Source: Octopus vulgaris (lineage: Eukaryota). Taken from it: DNA of 64,000 nucleotides. How positions within the stretch are numbered: the first letter of the stretch is position 1; each line of letters opens with the position of its first letter. The stretch is taken from the NCBI GenBank assembly GCA_951406725.2, contig OX597832.1:44268001-44332000 (forward strand), written 5' to 3'. Both the position numbers and the translations under genes were made by a program. The notes under the pieces are model-generated. The model ran no database searches. It saw only the letters and a list, made by a program, of their open reading frames with translations, and was not told where the DNA came from. Positions 12,691-25,816 of this stretch are shown piece by piece.

Positions 12691-13223
12691 TGTCTGCCCT
12701 TTCAATGGTGCTATCAGTTTGTCAATTTATCTCATACGAAAAGAACGATGGCATCGCCATTAAACTTGGTGCTAACAAGGCGCTAAAACACCGCCCATGT
12801 CACACGAGCGTTAAGAAGAGGACCAATAGTTTAAAATAGACCATAGATAGCACTTTGAATCAGCGTGTCCTCTGCAGAAGGCAAAAACTTTCTGTCTGCC
12901 AACACATCCAACAATCCAGTCATTTAAGTTACATTTCATGTCTCAAATAGGTTGATACTGGCATATTCTAGTTTCTGTCAAAACTTATTTATTTGCCATG
13001 ACATCAAAGAGAAATTCAGCCGTGGAACCTGCAATCCGACGATAACTCTTGGCACTGTGTGTAGAAGAAAAAGGAACGTCTCTGGGATTTGGCTTTTTGA
13101 AAAATACCATAATCTTACACTTCCTCAAGCCAGACGTAGAAACTGGAATTACAAATAGTCGATGGTTTATAGAATTTTGTTTTTGTTCTATAAATCTTTG
13201 AAATAAAACCATCGAATAAAATG

Positions 13224-13256
<33 letters not shown>

Positions 13257-14963
13257 CTGTGTGTCTGTGTTTCTCCCCCCACCATCTCTTGACAACCGAT
13301 TTAACAAGCATACATACACATTGGGGATACTAACGTACATTCTTCTATTGATTAAATAGAATTTATTGATTAAATTGAACCTTATCGCCTTTTCTCAGGT
13401 GTCAATAAAGTAACAGTTAGGTTATTTATTATGTTCAAATATCTTACGATTATATTTGCACTCATGGTCGTCTCTGGCCAATAGAATGTGCAATATTATT
13501 CATTTAACTATTATTGTTATTATTGTTGTCCTGAGGAGTGGCTATACTTTTAAATTGAATTTAAATTATAGCCATGAAACGTTCGTAGTCTTTTTACTTA
13601 TATATTGTTTATTCATTTTTGTACTTTTTGTGATCTAGTTGTATGTTTTATAATATATTTTATTTTTTATTTTTATTTGGTTTATGTCTATCATTGTTTG
13701 AATTGCATAATAGTGGTTTGTCTCTAATTTATATATATATATTCAATGTAAAGAAATATATATACATAATATATCTTCCTCGTCATCGGTACCTTTGTTT
13801 TAATGTCCATTTTCCCCACTACCTGCATGTGTGGGGTGAAAATTATTTAAGGCATATTTTCTACAGCTAGTTACCCTTCCTCTCACAAGCCCTCACCTGT
13901 TTCCAAGCAAGATAATAATCGCATAGCCCGTTGCACAATAAAACAATCCACCATAGTTAAGCAGCAAACTGGAAACATATGACACAGTTTGAATGAGGTT
14001 TTTGTTAACAAAATTTACATAACATGTCTAGACATTTCATGGAGTTCAGATACGGTTTTGTGATTGGCTGTGAGCAAAGGAACCTGATTGTTGTTTACAG
14101 TCAGCAAATACAGTGAAGAAGAAGGGAAATGTGGAGGTGCATTCCAGAAGTTTTGAGACTTTTTTTTTTTTAAGAGAGGCAGTTATAAATATCCTAGTTT
14201 ATTGTAATTTTAGTACATCGTTACTATAATCTTATAAGCTGACCTACCAACTTTTCTTATTCCACATTGAAGATAGCTGTACTAGCGCTTTGAATACACC
14301 CTACTAAATACTGCTTTTCACAGCTAACTAGCAGGCAGAATGCAGTTGAGATGTTTAGAGTTTTGTAGGAGTGGCTGTGTGGTAAGTTGCTTGCTTACCA
14401 GTCCCCACTGCGTGGCACCTTGGGCAAGTGTCTTCTACTATAGCTGTAGAAACTCTACCAGATCAAGATTGGAGCCTGGTGCAACCATCTGGTTCGCCAG
14501 TCCTCAGTCAAATCGTCCAACCCATGCCAGCATGGAAAGCGGACGTTAAACGATGATGATGATGATGATGATGATGATGAATTAAATATAAACAAACTGG
14601 AGAATTACACAGTGTCATGCTTTGTAACAATCTGAATGCATTTAGTATGACACACAGATTGCCATTTAAACTCAATGCTGTTTCAGTTGCATGTACAAAG
14701 TCTTTCTACCTTCAGTAAGTTTTTGCAACCCCAGTGAAAGTTTTATTCAGTGTTTCCTACATATATTGAAGTATGAATTTCATTGAAGCAGATGACAATC
14801 AATTGGACAGCATTGACAAGTCTCTGCAATATTAAAAATGTATCTTGTCATTTTTGTAAGTCACCGCAGGGATAACATTTGTATCAATTTGATAGATATT
14901 GTGTTTCTAACATACGGGGATTCTATCTCGGACAATTCCACAGCAGTTGTCTTCTAATGGTAC

Positions 14964-15189
14964 TCTTTTACTCTTTTACTTGTTTCAGTCATTTGACTGC
15001 GGCCATGCTGGAGCACCGCCTTTAGTCAAGCAAATCGACCCCAGGACTTATTCATTCTTTGTAAGCCTAGTACTTATTCTATTGGCCTCTTTTGCCGAAC
15101 CGCTGAGTGACGGGGACATAAACACACCAGCATCGGTTGACAAGCAATGCTAGGGGGACAAACACAGACACACAAACATACATGCAAAC

Positions 15190-15220
<31 letters not shown>

Positions 15221-15282
15221 GCCTCAGGCCGACCAAAGCCTTGTGAGTGGATTTGGTAGACGGAAACTGAAAGAAGCCTGTC

Positions 15283-15344
<62 letters not shown>

Positions 15345-15507
15345 GACAGGCTTCTTTCAGTTTCCGTCTACCAAATCCACTCTCAAGGCATTGGTCGGCA
15401 TGAGGCTATAGCAGAAGATACTTGCCCAAGATGCCACACAGTGGGACTGAACATAGAACCATGTGGTTGGTAAGCAAGCTACTTACCACACAGCCACTCC
15501 TGCGCCT
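14964..15507 (-). mobile_element. SINE-A with a short internal inverted SINE-A segment (about 15220-15285)
   Basis: The tail is at 14964 and the head at 15507. An opposite-strand fragment GCCTCAGGCCGACCAAAGCC...GTCG lies inside the (TA)n tract. Confidence 0.85.
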
Positions 15508-15826
15508 GTACATTTAGTATGATGGTGACAAAAATGTAATTTGATAATTAAAATAAAATTAAATTGCAAAAAGAAATAGATAAAAAATGACTGAGACTAC
15601 TTTATGTTTTATTAAATGGCTAGAATGACTATTCCATCATGTAATTCTCAGATCAAATCACTTGCCAAACGAATAAAACTCTGAAGTTTGCTCAATGCAT
15701 TTTTACCTTCTTTTTTCTTTTTTTGCATTAGGGCAATTGGGTAAGGTTTGAGGGTGATCTAGCTGCTTTTTCAAGTAGGTCAACAACAGAGTTGTAACTT
15801 CATCTCTATAGTTGTAATTTTTATAA

Positions 15827-16192
15827 ACTCTTTTACTCTTTTACTTGTTTCAGTCATTTGACTGCGGGCCATGCTGGAGCACCGCCTTTAGTCGAGCAAA
15901 TCGACCCCGGGACTTATTCTTTGTAAGCCCAGTACTTATTCTATCGGTCTCTTTTGCCGAACCGCTAAGTGACGGGGACATACACACACCAGCATCGGTT
16001 GTCAAGCAATGCTAGGGGGACAAACACAGACACATAAACATATACACACATATAAATATATATACATATATACGACAGGCTTCTTTCAGTTTCCGTCTAC
16101 CAAATCCACTCACAAGGCATTGGTCGGCCCGGGGCTATAGCAGAAGACACTTGCCCATGTGGTTGGTTAGCAAGCTACTTACCACACAGCCA
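15827..16192 (-). mobile_element. SINE-A
   Basis: Matches the family consensus, with a small deletion in the head. Confidence 0.85.
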
Positions 16193-16482
16193 ATTCAACA
16201 TAAAATGTTTTATTTGTATAGGCCTATTGGTATCTCATTACTTCCAGGTCAATGCAACATTTAACTATCGTGTGACTATACTTCTAACAAGAACAGGCAA
16301 CTTTTCTGGTTCATAAACTTTTCCAGGTGTTTTTAAAGCCTCGTACATATTCTGTCAGTCTCTTTTGCCAAACTGCTAAGTTACAGCAACATAAATACAC
16401 CAACACCATTTGTTACCCAGCGATGGAGGACCAGATGGATATATATATATACATACACACTCACACACAGAGGTACATATAT

Positions 16483-16874
16483 GTGGCTGTGTGGTAAGTA
16501 GCTTGCTAACCAACCACATGGTTCCGGGTTCAGTCCCACTGCGTGGCATCTTGGGCAAGTGTCTTCTGCTATAGCCCGGGCCGACCAATGCCTTGTGAGT
16601 GGATTTGATAGACGGAAACTGAAAGAAGCCTGTCGTATATATGTAATATATATATGTATATATGTATGTGTTTGTGTGTCTGTATTTGTCCCCCTAGCAT
16701 TGCTTGACAACCGATGCTGGTGTGTTTACGTCCCCGTCACTTAGCGGTTCGGCAAAAGAGACCGATAGAATAAGTACTGGGCTTACAAAGAATAAGTCCC
16801 GGGGTCGAGTTGCTCGATTAAAGGTGGTGCTCCAGCATGGCCGCGGTCAAATGACTGAAACAAGTAAAAGAGTA
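16483..16874 (+). mobile_element. SINE-A
   Basis: Matches the family consensus. Confidence 0.9.
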
Positions 16875-16927
16875 AATATATATATCTACACACACATAGG
16901 TACATATGTATATATACACACAGATAG

Positions 16928-16970
<43 letters not shown>

Positions 16971-17242
16971 GGTATATTTATATATATATATATATATATA
17001 TGCACACATAGGTATGTTTTTTATGCCAGAAGAATTCAAAAGTGCATGGCCAGCACATGATATGTTGGCAAGAAATATCAGAGGAACTGTCTACAGCCCA
17101 CTATTTGCATTTAGGCTGTAAATGGTGGTGCCATCATTTATAACCAGTGTAGTTTTGCAAAAATACATACAGAGACATGTATGCACACACATACGTCAGG
17201 ATTCTCAAGGAGTGCTAGATTTCAGCTAAAGAAATAGCTGAG

Positions 17243-17661
17243 ACTCTTACTCTTTTACTCTTTTATTTGTTTCAGTCATTTGACTGTGGCCATGCTGGAG
17301 CACCGCCTTTTAGTCGAGCAACTCGACCCCGGGACTTATTCTTTTGTAAGCCCAGTACTTATTCTAACGGTCTCTTTTGCCGAACCGCTAAGTAACGGGG
17401 ACATAAACACACCAGCATCGGTTGTCAAACAATGCTAGGGGGACAAACACAGACACAAGAACACACACACGCATACATATATATATATACATATATACGA
17501 CAGGCTTCTTTCAGTTCCTGTCTACCAAATCCACTCACAAGGCTTTGGTTGGCCCGAGGCTGTAGCAGAAGGCACTTGCCCAAGGTGCCACGCAGTGGGA
17601 CTGAACCCGGAAGCATGTGGTTGGCAGAGACGCTACTTACCACACAGCCACTCCTGCGCCT
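17243..17661 (-). mobile_element. SINE-A inserted in the mariner ORF
   Basis: A full-length copy splits ...IAETL from ...MRKLSAKWVP. Confidence 0.9.
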
Positions 17662-18048
17662 GGAGATTTCTTGACATGAGAAAGCTTTCTGGACATGAGA
17701 AAGCTTTCTGCAAAATGGGTTCCGAAATGTCTGAATGCAGATCAGAAGTGCATCAGAGTGACTGCATCAAAGATGATTTTGGACTGGTTTGCAGCGGGGG
17801 AGGCTGATTTTATGGCTCCTTTAGTCACCAAAGATGAAACTTTTCTTCATTGTTGTAATCCCCCAACCAAACAGCAATTGATGCAGTGGTACCACAGTGG
17901 TTCACCATGTCCCAAGAAGTTTCGGACCCAGAAGTCAGCTGGAAAGAGTTTGGCTTCAGTATTCAGGGACAAAGAAGTACTGCTCATAAAATACCTGCCA
18001 AATGGTCAAACTATCAATACAGAATATTGCATATCTCTCTTGGACAAG

Positions 18049-18915
18049 CCACTGTGGAAAGCTGAGACATGGTGTTGTGGAAAGATGAGCCAAGGTGCTG
18101 TGGAAAGCTGAGACATCATCATCATCATTGTTCGACCGTGGTCGAGACAATGGAATTTACCATGTTGCGCCAGACTTCACGGTCCATCATAGCATTACGG
18201 AGGTCCTGTTGCTGGATGCCTGTATCCCTGGAGATTACATCAGGGTAGGAGAGTGTGCGCCCTCTGGTGTTGCGAGTAGATGGAGCCAAGGTGCTGTGGA
18301 AAGCTGAGACATGGTGTTGTGGAAAGATGAGCCAAGGTGCTGTGGAAAGCTGAGACATGGTGTTGTGGAAAGATGAGCCAAGGTGCTGTGGAAAGCTAAG
18401 CCATGGTGCTGTAGAAAGCTGAGCCATGGTGTTGTGGAAAGATGAGTCATGGTACTGTGGGAAGCTGAGCCATGGTGCTGTGGAAAGCCGAGCCAAGGTG
18501 CTGTGGAAAGCTGAGACATGGTGTTGTGGAAAGATGAGCCAAGGTGCTGTGGAAAGCTCAGACATGGTGTTGTGGAAAGATGAGTCATGGTGCTGTGGAA
18601 AGCTGAGCCATGGTGCTGTGGAAAGTTGAGCCATGGTGCTGTAGAAAGATGAGCCATGGTGCTGCGGAAAGCTAAGCCATGGTGCTGTGGAAAGTTGAGC
18701 CATGGTGCTGTGGAAAGCTGAGCCATGGTGCTGTGGGAAGCTGAGCCATGGTGCTGTAGAAAGCTGAGCCATAGTGCTGTGGAAAGTTGGGCCATGGTGC
18801 TGTGGAAAGTTGGGCCATGGTGCTGTGGAAAGGTAAGCCATGGTGCTGTGGAAAGTTGAGCCATGGTGCTGTGGAAATCTGAGCCATGGTGCTGTGGAAA
18901 GCTAAGCCATGGTGC
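18049..18915 (+). repeat. 23-bp minisatellite (GAGCCATGGTGCTGTGGAAAGCT), about 30 units
   Basis: The tandem units are directly visible, with variant sub-types in a higher-order pattern. Confidence 0.95.
18114..18281 (-). mobile_element. RTE-clade LINE 3' end inserted in the minisatellite
   Basis: The minus strand encodes ...RGRTLSYPDVISRDTGIQQQDLRNAMMDREVWRNMV...stop and then a (TGA)n tail. It is flanked by GAGCCAAGGTGCTGTGGAAAGCTGAGACAT on both sides. Confidence 0.8.
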
Positions 18916-19320
18916 TCTGCTTTTGCAGGACAATACGCCAGCACAGACAGCACATGAATCTCAATGGAAAATACACAACTTTGGCCTCTCCTGACTTGGC
19001 CTCCTCCGATAATCACCTCTTACCACAACTGAAGAAACATCTTAAGAGAACAAAATTTCACTCAAATTCAGATGTAATCACTGCCACCGACACCTGGTTG
19101 GAGGCCCAATCTTCCAAATTCTTTTTACAGGGCTTAGAAAAACTGAGGGGTCACTGCAATAGGTGTGTGAATCTGAGAAGGGGAATATGTTGAATAAAAC
19201 CATAATTAACTGAGCCTCCTACATTTCCTTTTACCCAAAGCTAAGAACTTTTCAGCACCCACCTCATAGTAGAAGACACTTGCCTAAGGTGCCACACAGT
19301 GGTTGGGAAGCAATCTTCTT

Positions 19321-19723
19321 TATTTCATATAATTTGCCACAAGGGCATTACACAGATGGAAGCTTTGCGGGCTGGACATGGATAATAACGGTATGAATGA
19401 TGGTGATACAAAAATGATGATGATGGGAGAAGTCGAAAAGCGCCCGCGTGACTTTCACTTCTCTAAAACAAAGTTCTTTTTTCCTTTTTCCCTAAAAACA
19501 CAATGAGGCAATAAACCTCTTACTTAAATAACACAATGTTCAGAAAGACACACAATAAGTCACATTTTTTAGACTCATTCAGGTTATCCAGCCGACCAGT
19601 ATCCTTACTTCATTGAAGCATGCACCCGGTTCCAGGCCAGACCACACAGGTATAAATTTATAGGAGTCCTCCGGGAAGGAATTCATGATCCTGCACAGAT
19701 CACTATCCCATAGGACCTCCGAG
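19321..19723 (-). mobile_element. 5'-truncated retroposon 3' end with 15-bp TSD, inserted in a SINE-A remnant
   Basis: GGAAGCAATCTTCTT is duplicated on both sides. The minus-strand end GCCCTTGTGGCAAAT...AAATAAAGAA resembles the SINE-B tail. Confidence 0.65.
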
Positions 19724-20136
19724 GAAGCAATCTTCTTAACACACAGCCATGCCTGCTCCTATATATATGTGTATATATTTTGTATCATGTCTGTACAGCG
19801 TGAAGTAGAAAACACTCAAATTAGTGGAAAAGTACTGCGCAATTGTGCTGCATGCAGCATATAGTTGTCAAGCTTGAGCAGTTGTTAAAATGCAGGTAAA
19901 TGAACTCTATCTGGGCCGTCGATTTCATAGCTGACCTACTTTGAAATACTGATAATACACCCACTCTAGATTACAGTGACCAACACAGACACTCTGAGCT
20001 GGGATTGGCTGCGTGCCTCACAATAGCTGCAAACAAATACCAGTGGGTGACCTCCTTTTAGTTATTTCTTCTAGCTCAGCATAACAAGGATATCAGTTGA
20101 CAGAGGACAGCGACGTAAGTAATCGGTTAGTAAAGT

Positions 20137-20183
<47 letters not shown>

Positions 20184-20638
20184 AAATAAGAAAATGGAGA
20201 AATACACCTTAATCAATAATCAAGTACCAGATAATACCCAATCACATAATTTATTAACCAACTACATATGAACATCAAGGTCAAACATAATAGTATAGAA
20301 CAAAACAATGCACATCAATGAGTAATATGATACAATAGGTACAATATGTATAAGTGAATAAAAATAAATATAGATATAAATATAAACTACATCTTACAGC
20401 TGTTTCAGGGTGCTTTACTGGCAGTATATTGGATGTATGTTATCCCATGGTGGGTTGCACTCACAACCCCTATCATCATCATCATCATCATCATCATCAT
20501 TTAGCGTCCGTTCTCCATGCTAGCATGGGTTGGACGGTTCAACTGGGGTCTGTGAAGCTGGAAGGCTTCATCAGGCCCAGTCAGATCTGGCAGTGTTTCT
20601 ACGGCTGGATGCCCTTCCTAACGCCAACCACTCCGTGA

Positions 20639-20685
<47 letters not shown>

Positions 20686-21139
20686 TATACTAGCGGTATA
20701 ACCCAGCTTTGCCCGGGATTAAGTTACGATTATTAAGCTAATCAAGTTCTTTAATTTCAAACCAAACTAAATAACATGAATGTCAAATTTGGGCGAAATC
20801 CATTGAAATTGGTTTATATATATATGGGCAATGCACACATACACACATGTATGTATGTACACCTATTGCATACATGTTTTTTGTATGCATACGTTTGTGT
20901 GTGTGTGTTTTGCCCGTATATCAACAAAACACTTTTTTTCTTCGATGGAAAAAAGAAACAACAAAAATCTTTATTTGTGTCTGTGTTTGTCCACCACCAC
21001 CATTTGACAACTGGTGTTGGTATGTTAACGTCCCTGTAACTTAGTGGTTCAGCAAAACAAACTGATAGAATAAGCTGTACTGGGGTCGTTTCATCGACTA
21101 AAAACCCTTCAAGGTGATACCCCAGCATGGTGTAACTAT

Positions 21140-21511
21140 TTTTGTTGTGTTTATCTCGAAGTGGTCTTCGTCCCAGATTTCGCCTCTGTAGTTGGAGAAG
21201 TCCGAAACGAGGTCTTTTGCTATTCGTAAGACCTGCAGAAGAGAAAGCAGGTCAACCCCCGACACCGAGAGCATCGACAGATGGATGAATGTGCATCCAG
21301 ACTCAGCGGTTGCGTAGGAAGTCGGGGACAAGAAACAGGAAGAAAGAGTGAGAGAAAGTTGGAGCGAAAGAGTACAACAGGGGTCGCCACCACCCCCTTC
21401 CAGAGGTTCGTGGAGCTTTAGGTGTTTTCGCTCAATAAACACACACAACGCCCGGTCTGGGAATCGAAACTGCGAGTCCGCTGCCCTAACCATTGGGCCA
21501 TTGCGCCTCCA
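21140..21511 (-). mobile_element. SINE-D (tRNA-like head, tail type 1)
   Basis: Reverse complement of 55815-56185. Confidence 0.85.
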
Positions 21512-21905
21512 CTGCTGTTGCTGTTAACGAAGAAGTCACATTAGTGGATTGTTTGATTGGTTGATCGGTCGATAAAAAGTACCCGTGAAGAGTGGTACTG
21601 ACGCTGGTTCGAGAGTAGAAGAGTAGACACAGCTGTCGACGAAATCAAACCAGAAAAATCTATGGATTTGCGTTTTGTACCATTAACACGCAACGTATAA
21701 CATGAGATATTCGCTGTGTAAGTGTGTGTGTGTGTGTAGTAAGCATCAAGTTTTCAAATGCACATCGACTTATCTACTTTCGACACACAGAACAATTTAG
21801 AGAGAGGCAATGATTGAAACTCCGTGACTGTGCGTATGTCATTAAAAGCGTTTGCTTCAGACATTGCATGTACGAATATGAAGTGAGCGACGAGGAGCAA
21901 GTAAA

Positions 21906-21953
<48 letters not shown>

Positions 21954-21957
<4 letters not shown>

Positions 21958-22362
21958 TCTTTATATATAAAAGTGAGGTTGTGTGCTGTCTGTCTCCTAC
22001 GATTTAGATTCCTAACTACTCCCACATTTTGCGGTGCAGTTTAACCAAAGCAGGGTATCTTTATAGTCGTGATTCATATCGAGCCCTTCTGGGTATTAGC
22101 GCGCGTCTACGATGAGTCTACGATAAAAAAAAAAAAATTACCATAATTTTTTTCCATTTTAATGCATTTTTTCGCTATTATATAAGGGAAGTAACTCTCT
22201 AAAAATATCTACGATGAGTCAACGATTTAAAAAAAAATTTACCATCATTTTTTTTCCATTTTTAATGCATTTTTTTTTCTATATTTTGGCTATAACTCTC
22301 TAAAAATGCTTATATAGTTATTTCCCTTACAAACCCGAGCAACGCCGGGCGATACTGCTAGC
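21954..22362 (-). mobile_element. Non-autonomous Helitron/Helentron-like element, second copy
   Basis: Reverse complement of 11176-11574 with a different middle. It is inserted in (TA)n. Confidence 0.65.
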
Positions 22363-23830
22363 ATATATATATATATTTATATATATGTGTGTGTGTGTGT
22401 GTGACAATGTGTTTGACTGTCAGTCAACAATATATATATATTGTCACATGCCCTCATATGAACAGTTCTCTCTCCTGTAGCAAGTAGACACTTCGCTTAA
22501 GTGTATGACAGACTATAGGTGAAAGAGTTGGAGGGGAATTGATAAATAGTTTATGTGGGAGAGAGAAAATATGTATGCGTCACTAAAAGAACTCTAGTGT
22601 GCGTATGTGCACGAGAATGACAAAACAGTATGTGTGTTTAAGACTATATGTGAATTACAATTTAGAACGTAATAGAATGAGATATGCTACGAATCGGGCA
22701 GACATAGATCAAAAGCAGTGATTATCCGTATATTTTAGATGTAACGTATATCTAGGATCACGTTATCCAATGTACCCAGTTTTTTTAAAGACAGTAGCCT
22801 TTGATGTGCTGATTGAAGACATCTCGCCTTCGACTGTTAGCATGTTGAACGACCGTATGTATAGATTCCCCACGTGGTACCGTGTAAAAACTAAGTGCGT
22901 TGTTCTGGGAGGTCAGCTCTAACCGGATGGACATATCGTCAAAAGTGTTTGTTTTGTTTTGGTTTTTTTTCCAGATCCTGTTTAGGACCACGCCTGTGCG
23001 AGCTTTCATTCTTTTCAAAAACTGTGATATAAGTGAGATTTAGCTGTTGTTTCTTAGTAGAGAAAATATGTGTATGTTTTAACATTTGAAAATGATTAAC
23101 ATGTAGGTGAGAGACTAAGTGAATCTCTATCTATCTATTAATCTATCTATCTATCTATCTGTCTGTCTACCTACCTACCTGTCTGTCTGTCTGTCTATCT
23201 ACCTACCTACCTACCTACCTGTCTGTCTGTCTGTCTGTCTGTTTGTCTATCTATCTATCTATCAACCCCACCTTTTTGTTTCCACGATCCCTTTTGATCG
23301 AAATCCTGCCCCCCCTTCTTTTTTCCTTCCCAAAAAGAAAAGCTCTACTTTGTATCTAGTCCCCTCTATGTTCAGCCTTGTGTGGCCAATAAAGAAACAT
23401 ATCTATCTATCTATCTGCATATGTATGAGTGTGAGTGTAGCGTGTGTACGGGTGTGAGTGTATGTGTGTGAGTGATCGTGTATAAATTTGTGGCGCTCCA
23501 GTATGACCGCAGCTGCATGGCTGAAATGAATAAAAAAATATATATATGCATATATGATATAGGGGGTGGGGGCAAAGTGAGGTGTTTTTACTGCATTTTT
23601 GACAAAATATATTTTTTTACAAATATTCAACTACGTTCCAAAAACTATATCAGCTAAGCAAATGATTTTGGATCTTTCCAGTTTGGTTGCTAATTTTCGA
23701 AAATTCAAAGTTTATTGATAATTTTAAGATTTGGTATATTAATGTAGTTTTCCAAGCTGAACCTCAGGAGATATTTCACTTTTTCCAGAAATAGTTTTTA
23801 AAAAAATAACAGTGTGTGTTTTTTTTTTTT

Positions 23831-24199
23831 GGAAGCACTCCGTCGGTTACGACGACGAGGGTTCCGGTTGATACGAATCAACGGAACAGCCTGCTCGTGA
23901 AATTAACGTGTAAGTGGCTGAGCACTCCACAGACACGTGCACCCTTAACGTAGTTCTCGGGGATATTCAGCGTGACACAGAGAGTGACAAGGCCGGCCCT
24001 TTGAAATACAGGTACAACAGAAACAGGAAGTAAGAGTGAGAGAAAGTTGTGGTGAAAGAGTACAGCAGGGATCACCACCATCCCCTGCCGGAGCCTCGTG
24101 GAGCTTTAGGTGTTTTCGCTCAATAAACACTCACAACGCCCGGTCTGGGAATCGAAACCGCGAGTCCGCTGCCCTAACTACTGGGCCATTGCGCTTCCA
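23831..24199 (-). mobile_element. SINE-D (same head, tail type 2)
   Basis: The head matches 55815. The tail TACCTGTATTTCAAAGGGCC...GTAACCGACGGAGTGC plus poly(A) is shared with 32419-32740. Confidence 0.85.
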
Positions 24200-24239
24200 A
24201 CTGTGTGTTTACACGTGTGTGTGTGTGTATGTCACTCAG

Positions 24240-24344
24240 TCTGCACCCGATATATATTGCAAGCAAGGGAGCGAACCTCTACCATCTTACAGCAGACGAC
24301 GGGATAACGGTTTGGAGCTGTTTGCAATATATATCGGCTGCGGA
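24240..24344. mobile_element. Small MITE-like inverted repeat
   Basis: 26-bp arms TCTGCACCCGATATATATTGCAAGCA and TGTTTGCAATATATATCGGCTGCGGA with 3 mismatches. Confidence 0.55.
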
Positions 24345-24577
24345 TTGCATCGATAACCAGCTGGAGGAGGCTCCTCCAGGGGTTAAAAACCATAGGAACG
24401 TCGATTGCTATGGAACAACCTAATTGATGTGGCGATAAACGTTACTTATCTTTTATTCGTTTACTTGTTTCAGTCATTATTATACTGTGGTCATGCTGGA
24501 GCATCGCCTTGAAATTTTAGTCGAATGAATCGACCTCAGTACTTTTTTGTCTTTTTGTTAAGCCTGGAACTTATTCT

Positions 24578-24983
24578 CTTACTCTCTTTTACTCTTTTAC
24601 TTGTTTCAGTCATTTGACTGCGGCCATGCTGGAGCACCGCCTTTAGTCAAGGAAATCGACCCCGGGACTTATTCTTTGTAAGCCCAGTTCTTATTCTATC
24701 GGCCTTCTTTTGCCGAACCGCAAAGTGACGGGGACGTAAACACACCAGCATAGGTTGTCAAGCGATGCTAGGGGGACAAACACAGACACACACACACACA
24801 TATATATATATACATATATACGACAGGCTTCTTTCAGTTTCCGTCTACCAAATCCACTCACAAGGCATTGGTCGGCCCGGGGCTATAGCAGAAGACACTT
24901 GCCCAAGATGCCACGCAGTGGGACTGAACCCGGAACCATGTGGTTGGTAAACAAGCTACTTACCACACAGTCACTCCTGCGCC
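24578..24983 (-). mobile_element. SINE-A nested within an older SINE-A
   Basis: A full-length copy, with the older copy's halves at about 24445-24577 and 24984-25090. Confidence 0.85.
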
Positions 24984-25816
24984 TATCGGTATCTTTTGCT
25001 GAACTGCTTGGTCATGGGGACATAAACGCACCAACACCGGTTGTCAAGCAGTAGTGGGGACCAACACAAACACACACACACACATACACACAATTCAGGA
25101 CAATCAGTAAGTTGTCATTATAGTACTCGGAGTTTTGAATATCCGAGCGAAGAGCTACGATTCATTCTCGTCGGTTATTAATAGCAACAGACGCTATGAA
25201 AAACCGTTAAATAAAAGGGAAGTTATCCCTAATTGGTAGAAAAAAAGAAAAAAAAAAGAAAAACACAACAAATACACGCAACCATATTCTCACAATACAC
25301 AGACATAAAACGAGCTTCTTTCAGTTTCCGTATGCCAAATCCTCTCACAGTAGAAGACACTTGCCCGGGGTGCCGTGCTGTGGGACTGAACCCAGAGTCA
25401 TGCGGTTAGGAAGCAAGCTTCTTACCACACAGTCACAACTACGTCTGTATCTAAAGTGTTTGACATTAACAGGTGTGGGAAGTTATAGGTTTTATATTAT
25501 TGTTGATCATGCAAAAACATAACGTTCATTGTAAAAAATAAAGTCTTCTTCACTTTGAATATATCGATTATTTTTCTGAGGATATTGCTAACTCGTATTT
25601 CTACAAGTTTTGCTGAAAACTAAAGGCTATATTGTTAAAGTCAGCACAGGCGAAGCTTTATAGGCATATATATCTATAATCATTAAATTGTTTCAACTTC
25701 AAAGCAGCGATTATACCGTCTAAAAATCCATAAGCCATGCACTCTTACATTTGTCAATAAAGTGGGTATATTAATTGAAGTGTACAATATTATATATTCG
25801 TACAATCAATCTTATC

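Larger units (their letters stand above)
17195..19268 (+). pseudogene. Decayed mariner (Tc1/mariner, DD34D-type) transposase with 3' TIR, interrupted by SINE-A, a minisatellite and an RTE fragment
   Basis: Translated fragments: ISAKEIAETL (about 17219); MRKLSAKWVPK...LVTKDETFLH...KKFRTQKSAGKSLASVF (17695-18048); GKLSHG..LQDN (about 18897-18935); SPDLASSDNHLLPQLKKHL (YSPDLAPSD-like). It ends in the TIR-like ACTTTTCAGCACCCACCTCATA. Confidence 0.9.

Noticed and set aside
18049-18915. CRISPR-like regular array
   Set aside because: The units are contiguous with no unique spacers, there are no cas genes, and the context is eukaryotic.
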